NCBI GenBank assembly: GCA_019058445.1
Contig: JAHPZA010000003.1
Coordinates: 452,919-516,918 of the forward strand
From: Promethearchaeota archaeon
Lineage (GTDB): Archaea > Asgardarchaeota > Lokiarchaeia > Sigyniarchaeales > SOKP01
Length of the DNA stretch: 64,000 bases
Reading direction: 5' to 3'
In this document: positions 57,382-64,000 of the stretch, piece after piece
Layout of the letters: each line of letters begins with the position of its first letter
Numbering within the stretch: the first letter of the stretch is position 1
Position numbers and translations under genes: made by a program
The notes under the pieces: generated by a model
Database searches by the model: none
Seen by the model: only the letters and a program-made list of their open reading frames with translations
What the model was told of the DNA's origin: nothing

Positions 57382-58500
57382 ATGGTGAATCAAATGGCTG
57401 TGAAAAATATAAGTAATGACACGATGGTATTGATTGCCTCTGACCAACACTTAGGTGCCCGAAAATCAAAGAGTGAGGAATTTAAAGCTTTTCTTGATCA
57501 AGTTATTTATAAGCTCGACAATGAGATGTTAAAGAAGTTAAAGGCATTCTTACTACTTGGAGATTTCTTTGATATTGTGATGGATACTTATAAGGATATA
57601 TCTACAGATTTTAAAGAAATATATAATCGATTAGATGTACTACTAGAAAATGGTATTCATGTGATAATTACTCTCGGGAATCATGAAATCTCGATAAGAA
57701 AACCTTTAGAAAAACGATTCAAGAGAAGGAAAAATAAAATGGTCAGAAAATTTCAAAGGAAAAAACTGAGGAATAAATTCCTTAAAAGAGAAAATATGTG
57801 TCAATATATCGTTCTAAGAAAAAATGAGAATGAACAATTAGAAATGATAACATATGATTCTAAGAATCATATTGATAAGACTAGATTTGTAAAAGCAGAA
57901 ATTTTAGGTAATATCCCACATGAAGGTCCTCTGAAAGGAAGATATAAATGCTTATTTACCCATGGTTTTCAATTTGAACCCGAAAAATTTTCTTTTTTCG
58001 CTCTAATCTGGTGTTTCTTACTAAGAATGCCTGGTTTTATCAAGGAACTTTTTGATATATTATGGAATGGAATAATTAAAACCCCGGAGAGGCCCGCAAT
58101 TGAACAAATCGATAAAGCGGAGTTTAATCGAAGAATAAAAGAAAATAAAAAGATGCTCAACAAGAAACAAAAAATATCCTATTTTCTCTTTAAACGATTT
58201 ATACTTAAAGAATTAGTCAAAGAAGCAGAACGTCGAGCTGCCATCAAAGATAACAGTGAATTTAATAAAGTCATCGAAGAATCTTATATAGATGATTTTT
58301 TAGAATTAGGAATAACACATGTAGTTTACGGTCATTCTCATACAAAGCAGGAAGATGTTGTTATAAAAGGAGTTCCTGTGTTTAATACAGGAGGTTGGCA
58401 GCAAGTATCCGAACCAGCTTTTATTGAAATTCATTCAAATGGAGATATTAGGGTAAAAAGCTATACTCAAAAAGAAGAAATATCCAATATTGAAGCATAG
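57382..58500 (+). CDS. Calcineurin-like metallophosphoesterase (LpxH-like)
   Basis: SDQHLG, GDFFD, GNHE, THG, GHSH and NTGGW motifs. Confidence 0.9.
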   Translation: MVNQMAVKNISNDTMVLIASDQHLGARKSKSEEFKAFLDQVIYKLDNEMLKKLKAFLLLGDFFDIVMDTYKDISTDFKEIYNRLDVLLENGIHVIITLGNHEISIRKPLEKRFKRRKNKMVRKFQRKKLRNKFLKRENMCQYIVLRKNENEQLEMITYDSKNHIDKTRFVKAEILGNIPHEGPLKGRYKCLFTHGFQFEPEKFSFFALIWCFLLRMPGFIKELFDILWNGIIKTPERPAIEQIDKAEFNRRIKENKKMLNKKQKISYFLFKRFILKELVKEAERRAAIKDNSEFNKVIEESYIDDFLELGITHVVYGHSHTKQEDVVIKGVPVFNTGGWQQVSEPAFIEIHSNGDIRVKSYTQKEEISNIEA

Positions 58501-58908
58501 CTACTTAAAACTATTGTAAAATTCTTTTTTTATATCTTTTAATTATCCTAAAATGTCGATTAAAATAGCTTTAACTCTTAAAAAGTAATATTTTTTGAGT
58601 GATGATTTTTAATAATTGTTTCTTTTATTTATTATCGCTTCCCCTAATAATATTTGTTTGTGTGATGGGAAGGGAGAGTTTTGATCTTTTTTGGTGATCA
58701 TTTTCGTGCAATTTTATAAAAAGGTTTATTTAGATACGGGATTTTTTATTGATTCTCGACATGCAATTAATATTATGCAATATTTATTGACTTATATCTT
58801 TCAAATTATTACGGGATGTGATAACAAAATGACGAAAAGCAAATATTTAAAAATTCAAAATTCTTATTATTAAATAAGAAATAAAAAAAATTAATGAGAA
58901 GGTAAAAA

Positions 58909-59229
58909 ATGATCGAATCGGAATTTTCTGATAAACTTGCGGACGAAGCTTTCAAAAATTTTGAGAACATCAAAAAATCCCTAAAAGGATTGTTTGAAAT
59001 CTTGCAGCTTGCTAAAGATGGTGAAGAATTTCAAGATGTTTATTATGATCTTGGAGTAGATAATATTTCTGGCCTCTATGAAAACCTACTCGAATTGATG
59101 TTTAACGATTATGGTGCAAGAAAAGTTATGAAAGCTCTAAGAAATTCTGAAATTGATCTGGCAATTCCTCTAAACGACCCAATCAAGGGAGAAAGCGAAA
59201 GCGAAGAAGAAGAAGAAGCTGTTTTTTAA
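58909..59229 (+). CDS. Hypothetical acidic protein
   Basis: 106-aa helical ORF with GAAGGT RBS and upstream TATA-like sequence. Confidence 0.75.
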   Translation: MIESEFSDKLADEAFKNFENIKKSLKGLFEILQLAKDGEEFQDVYYDLGVDNISGLYENLLELMFNDYGARKVMKALRNSEIDLAIPLNDPIKGESESEEEEEAVF

Positions 59230-59364
59230 GCACTACCTATTTTTCTTATTATTAGGATATATTATCCCTGACTTCATTTTGCTAATTAGTTTATTTTAAT
59301 AGTTATCATTAATTTCAATTTATAATTTAGTTACTTTCAATTATATTAAAAAAGAGGATATAAA

Positions 59365-60399
59365 TTGGTTATAAAAACTGATATAACAGAGATGTTTGGG
59401 ATTAAACACCCCATCGTAGCTGCGCCTATGGGTCCTTTTTACACAACTGACCTTACTATCGCAGTTAGCGAAGCTGGCGGTATGGGGGTTTTAAGCCATA
59501 CAAATTTATTTGGAAAGGATAGTTTAACGGAACTAAAGAAGAATATGGAATATGTGGTTGAGCATACTGACAAGCCATTTGGATTTAACATTAGGACGGG
59601 CCGCATGCAGATGGATGCAAAGATACTCTGCCAAAAAATCCCTCGCTTTATCTTGAAAAACCCTAAAATTAGGGAACAATGTCTATATGCATTAACAAGC
59701 GCAGGATCGTCAAAGTTGATTAAAACGAAAGCTTGGCAAGCACTAAAAGAAAGTGGTTCGAATATCAAACACTTTCATGTTGCTCCTGCTTTATGGCTAG
59801 CGGATAAATGTGTTGCTTCAAATGTGGATGGTATGGTTGTCACTGGTGGAGAAGGTGGGGGCCATCAATCTTATGAAAAGATTAGCACTTTAGTATTGCT
59901 CCAACAGGTAAAACAAAAATACCCCGACTTTCCTGTAATAGCATGTGGAGGTTTTGCTACCGGTGAAGGGATAGCCGCTGCTTTAGCTATAGGAGCTGGA
60001 GCTGTGGCGATGGGTTCAAGATTTATCGCTTCACAAGAAAGCGAGTTTCATCAGACCTATAAAGATATCGTACCCTCCGGTAAGGCTACGGATACTGTGT
60101 TAGTTACCGGATTTTTAGGTCCGATTCGACTCTGGAAAAATAAATATTCTCTCCATCACGGTCTTGTGGCAAATAAGGAAGAGAAAATGGCAGAGGAATC
60201 AAAAATGTCCTTGGAGGACTTAATAAAAGATGGTAAACATTATGAGATGACTTACCACGGGGACATTGAAGATGGTGCAGTTCTCTTAGGGCAAAGCATT
60301 GGGTTAATACCTAGTATTGATAAAGTACCAGATATTATTGATACTCTGGTGAAAGGCGCTGAAAAACGGTTAAAAGCTGCTGCTTCTATGGTAGAATAG
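59365..60399 (+). CDS. Nitronate monooxygenase / FabK-like oxidoreductase, paralogue of 19953-21002
   Basis: Near-colinear with 19953-21002 (GIKHPIVAAPMGPFYTTDL, GGEGGGHQSYEK). Confidence 0.9.
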   Translation: MVIKTDITEMFGIKHPIVAAPMGPFYTTDLTIAVSEAGGMGVLSHTNLFGKDSLTELKKNMEYVVEHTDKPFGFNIRTGRMQMDAKILCQKIPRFILKNPKIREQCLYALTSAGSSKLIKTKAWQALKESGSNIKHFHVAPALWLADKCVASNVDGMVVTGGEGGGHQSYEKISTLVLLQQVKQKYPDFPVIACGGFATGEGIAAALAIGAGAVAMGSRFIASQESEFHQTYKDIVPSGKATDTVLVTGFLGPIRLWKNKYSLHHGLVANKEEKMAEESKMSLEDLIKDGKHYEMTYHGDIEDGAVLLGQSIGLIPSIDKVPDIIDTLVKGAEKRLKAAASMVE

Positions 60400-60518
60400 T
60401 TTAAAACAAACTTATTTTATCAATTTTTACTTAATATACAAAAATTTTTTTTTTTCTTTATTTTTATGGATTTTGCTAAATTGAAAAAATTTAAGAGAGA
60501 AATCTGAAAAAATTAAAT

Positions 60519-61943
60519 TTATAGTTGAAGCTCTTTCAATTTCGCTCGAATTATTTCAACTTTCTCTGGTTTTAAATCGCAAAACTTCCAGAAAATACCT
60601 CCCCCAATGAGAATTATAAAAATTGGGATTAATGCCGTGTGGAGACGAATACCCCAAATAGCTAAATCCGTTTGGGAAGCACCTGGTATGGGATTAAATC
60701 CAGTAGCAATATGGACGGTTGTAAATATTATAGCTTGACAAATATATGATAATCTCACGAAAAACGTTCGGATTCCGAGAAATATTCCTTCTTCCCTCGT
60801 TTTTCGTTCAATAACTATTTCATCTAATACATCGCTAAGCATAGCTAAGGATATAGCATATGTAGCCCCAATCCCCACTCCAACTAACAATGTACTAATA
60901 AAAGCACCCAATACATCGGAAACAAAAAGTAGAGGTACGGCAGCGGCGGCGGTAACTAGAAATCCAATAAAAAAAGTAATTCTGTTCCCTTTTCTACGTG
61001 CTAACATCACCCATAATGGAACAGAGACCAGGCTTCCTAAAAGTACCCCTGCTGTAAGAAAAACTTCAGAGCTAGCAGGTTGTTTTAGTATATATTGATT
61101 AAGATAAGGAATTGAAGCCACCATGACTACAACTAAAATTTGCCAACATGTATATGCTAGCACAAATGCCATGAAATTTCTTTTTTTTAACGCAAACCTT
61201 AGTACTTTCCAAAAAGATGCTTTTTCCTCTTCTTTTTTTCCTTCACTAGCCAATTGCATAGCTCTATCAATCATAGTTTGATTTTCTCGGGTCCCCGGTA
61301 TCATTAAAACTACACAAATTAATCCAACAATCATAATTATCGCTGCTGCAGTAAAATAGGATTGTTTATTACCATATGTAATAAATAGTGGAGGTATAAG
61401 AACACCGATTGCAACACCCACTAAACCTAAGATTGAACCAATCCCGCCAATTTTAGTGCGTTCATTCTGAGAACGAAAACGATCGGGAGCTTGCGCTAAG
61501 AAATTAACATTCCACACTGATAAGAAAAAATCTATGAGACATGTTATAATTGTGAGATATAAGAAGATGAGTAATGCATCTTTGACTGGATCAACATTAG
61601 GAGGCGCAAATAAGAGTAAAAAAAAGATACAATAGAGTATAGCTCCGATGAAGATCCATGGAAATCTCCTACCCCATCTTTTCCATAATATATTCGGCTT
61701 ATCACTTAAATATCCGATAAATGGATCGTTGACCATGTTCCATATGCCATATATAATAAATGAGAGTAAGATAAAAAGCACTGGGAGCCCTACTTCTGTT
61801 TCATAGAAGATAAATGTTCTTGTATCAAACACTACTCCTATGAATGTAATAAGAAAATTACCTATAGCATATGATAATTGAATTCCAGTTGATGATGGTG
61901 CTTCAATACTTTCAGCCATTTTACTTTCTTTAATATTGTTCAT
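60519..61943 (-). CDS. MFS GPH-family sugar:cation symporter
   Basis: WNMVNDPFIGYLSD, WGRRFPW and DVLDE..REEGIF motifs; about 12 TM. The start may be ATG 61919. Confidence 0.9.
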   Translation of the reverse strand: MNNIKESKMAESIEAPSSTGIQLSYAIGNFLITFIGVVFDTRTFIFYETEVGLPVLFILLSFIIYGIWNMVNDPFIGYLSDKPNILWKRWGRRFPWIFIGAILYCIFFLLLFAPPNVDPVKDALLIFLYLTIITCLIDFFLSVWNVNFLAQAPDRFRSQNERTKIGGIGSILGLVGVAIGVLIPPLFITYGNKQSYFTAAAIIMIVGLICVVLMIPGTRENQTMIDRAMQLASEGKKEEEKASFWKVLRFALKKRNFMAFVLAYTCWQILVVVMVASIPYLNQYILKQPASSEVFLTAGVLLGSLVSVPLWVMLARRKGNRITFFIGFLVTAAAAVPLLFVSDVLGAFISTLLVGVGIGATYAISLAMLSDVLDEIVIERKTREEGIFLGIRTFFVRLSYICQAIIFTTVHIATGFNPIPGASQTDLAIWGIRLHTALIPIFIILIGGGIFWKFCDLKPEKVEIIRAKLKELQL

Positions 61944-61989
61944 TCCTTATTTTCCTCTTAATTTCTATTATCCTTTATTGAAAGAAAGT

Positions 61990-63621
61990 TTATTTTTTAA
62001 TTACTCTAACACAGCGTTTTTCAATTGATTTGTTTCCAAAATTATCCATAGCCGTGAGGGAGACCTCATATTTACCGGCCTTTTCATATGCATGCCGGGT
62101 TAAGAGCCTGGGACTCTTCTCTCCATCCCCAAAGTCCCATTCAAGTTCTAATAATATGCTTTCAGGTGCACTCATCACTGTCGGATAAAAAATAACAGAA
62201 AAACCTTCTGTAATGGGATAAGGAAGAATTGAAAATGAAATATGAGGTGAGGTCACTCCTTCTTTTTTGGTGATATATTTTTGCATATCTATTTCCTGAG
62301 CATCTGCCGAAATAATATCGGCAGCGGGAATTTCTTGAATTTTTTCAATGATATATGCGTGAGCTTTTGCGGTTCGTTCCAGCTGGTCAGGAGTACATTT
62401 ATCTATAGTATCATATTTAGTATGATAAAATACTGGTTTTCCAATGACCATTATTGAAGGAACATTGGCAAAAATGAATGGAGGTAAATCACTCACTGGG
62501 AGCTGTCTTGCTGAAACATACGCAGCGGGAAATAAATTATATTTGAACACCGCATCTTTTACTATTGGCCAGAGCAAAATATTATCTGATACAAACAGAC
62601 CTCTTCTTTCGTCAAGGCCGGTTTCTACGACACCCCCTTCAACTTGATTATACCAGCCTTTTGATCCAAATCCATCCATCATAATAAAAGTGGCAATTTT
62701 CTTTACCATCTCTGGATACATGGAATGAAATTGGAACGTTCCGACCAATCCACACTCATGACCCGTCCAACCAGCAAAAACAATAGTTTTATCCCTTTTT
62801 TCGAGAGGAATTTGAGCGAAGTATTTCGCAAGCGCAATTAAGCCAGCGTTAGCCCCTGCGTTGTCTACAGCTCCAGTAAATGTGCTGTCTACATGAGTTC
62901 CTATTAATATAATTTCATCTGTTCTTCCTGGTAGAGTTCCGAGTATCATACTACTTGGTGCCTTTTCTGTTTTTACATCTAAAGTAAATTTTACCAAAAC
63001 CTCATCAGGTGTTTTTGTACATAATGCTCTTAGATATTGCCCATCAAAATTATTTACTGACAGTGCCGGTAATCTTCTTTTCCAACCCCTCACTTCATCG
63101 ACTCCGACATAAGATATCGAATCTAACGGAGAATTATTAGTAAAAATTGCTCCGAGAGCGCCTTTTTTCTTTGCTAAGTTTAGAGAATTAAACAAATTAA
63201 CTTGTTGAGAAGGTGCAAAATTTAATACCATGATTCCGTCTATAAGCACAATTTTATTCTTAACATCAATTTTCTCAAAATCTACGGAAGTTCCATATCC
63301 CGCGTACACCATTTCGCCCTCTACTCCCTCAGGGGCGGTGGATCCACTAAGATGTACTGGAAATGTTTCAATGACTTGATCTGAAGGTATAGAAGGAGTT
63401 CCTTTAGCAATCAATTTCAGCTCCTGTTTTTCGGCCCACCAACGAGTAAATTTAAACGGATCTAATTTAACATCTGGCAATTTTGCTTCCTTTAATTTAT
63501 TATAAATATAATTTTCCGCTTCTATAGCAATTTGAGTACCAGCTCTACGATAACCAAATTCACATAGTTCTTTCATAATTTGATACATTTCAGCACCAGA
63601 AATATTTTCATAATTAGACAT
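61990..63621 (-). CDS. M28-family peptidase with PA domain and C-terminal PKD domain
   Basis: GTHVDS, GAVDNAG, GHECG, MDG and YHTKYD motifs; PA insert; WDFGDG..HAYEKAGKYEVSLTAMD. ATG 63621 preferred to 63636. Confidence 0.88.
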   Translation of the reverse strand: MSNYENISGAEMYQIMKELCEFGYRRAGTQIAIEAENYIYNKLKEAKLPDVKLDPFKFTRWWAEKQELKLIAKGTPSIPSDQVIETFPVHLSGSTAPEGVEGEMVYAGYGTSVDFEKIDVKNKIVLIDGIMVLNFAPSQQVNLFNSLNLAKKKGALGAIFTNNSPLDSISYVGVDEVRGWKRRLPALSVNNFDGQYLRALCTKTPDEVLVKFTLDVKTEKAPSSMILGTLPGRTDEIILIGTHVDSTFTGAVDNAGANAGLIALAKYFAQIPLEKRDKTIVFAGWTGHECGLVGTFQFHSMYPEMVKKIATFIMMDGFGSKGWYNQVEGGVVETGLDERRGLFVSDNILLWPIVKDAVFKYNLFPAAYVSARQLPVSDLPPFIFANVPSIMVIGKPVFYHTKYDTIDKCTPDQLERTAKAHAYIIEKIQEIPAADIISADAQEIDMQKYITKKEGVTSPHISFSILPYPITEGFSVIFYPTVMSAPESILLELEWDFGDGEKSPRLLTRHAYEKAGKYEVSLTAMDNFGNKSIEKRCVRVIKK

Positions 63622-63900
63622 TGGTTCTTTCCTCAAATAATAAGATATTTTAGAGTATTAATTATCATAAATTATTTTATAATTGGTTTAAGAGATTATT
63701 AATATTTCTTTTCTTTTTCCAATTAATCATCTGAGATTTGAGGAAGAAAAACTATTTTATCGCTTATAAATTATCAATGCTAGATAAATTACCTTTAAAT
63801 AAGAACCAATCACAATATAAAATAACGAAAAAATAATCGTAATAAGGTAAAAAATCTTAATTGAAAATATCGAAATTAATATGAGTACAAGTTGATGAAA

Positions 63901-64000
63901 ATGTCAGAAGAAAAACAAAAATCTAAACCAGTAAGGCTCAAAGGTTTTCCAATGCTTATAGGTAATCTTGTCAATTCTGTGAAGGATACTCCCGAATGTA
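63901..64000 (+). CDS. 5' end of a hypothetical protein running off the window
   Basis: ATG 63901 opens MSEEKQKSKPVRLKGFPMLIGNLVNSVKDTPEC with no stop before the edge. Confidence 0.65.
   Translation, partial: MSEEKQKSKPVRLKGFPMLIGNLVNSVKDTPEC

Noticed and set aside
58693-58706. 14-nt exact complement (GGTGATCATTTTCG) to the 3' arm of the candidate RNA (41039-41052), with weak hairpins around 58570-58840
   Set aside because: A single 14-mer match is within chance expectation for an AT-rich 64-kb window, and the local hairpins are short.
1-64000. CRISPR arrays, tRNA/rRNA genes, transposases, integrases, prophage genes
   Set aside because: No regularly spaced repeats, no GC-rich stable-RNA signature and no recombinase or capsid motifs were seen.

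Overview
An AT-rich (about 30% GC, estimated by eye) archaeal chromosome segment that is most likely from an Asgard archaeon (Lokiarchaeia). The assignment rests on a gelsolin-domain protein, longin/uDENN-like and V4R-like proteins, archaeal GAGGTGA ribosome-binding sites, TATA-like promoters and T-tract terminators. The window holds five blocks. (1) A corrinoid/MtaA-type methyltransferase module at 1-6.2 kb. (2) A fatty-acid/acyl-CoA catabolic region with many tandem paralogues at 7.7-24 kb. (3) A variable region at 24-41 kb with eukaryotic-signature-like proteins and gene remnants, including a FATP acyl-CoA synthetase gene whose two remnants flank an esterase+CAAX-protease cassette. (4) An hdrCBA-mvhD-hdrA-flxDCBA-frhB electron-bifurcation cluster at 42.3-55.1 kb. 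(5) Assorted genes at 55-64 kb. The most unusual locus is 40.7-42.1 kb, directly upstream of the Hdr cluster: a perfect 10-bp inverted repeat, then a ~280-nt non-coding element that folds by hand into a long closing stem around five hairpins, then three tandem small proteins sharing an 8-Cys/1-His N-terminal domain. I found no tRNA, rRNA, CRISPR array or transposase. All calls come from motif recognition only; no database search or folding program was run.
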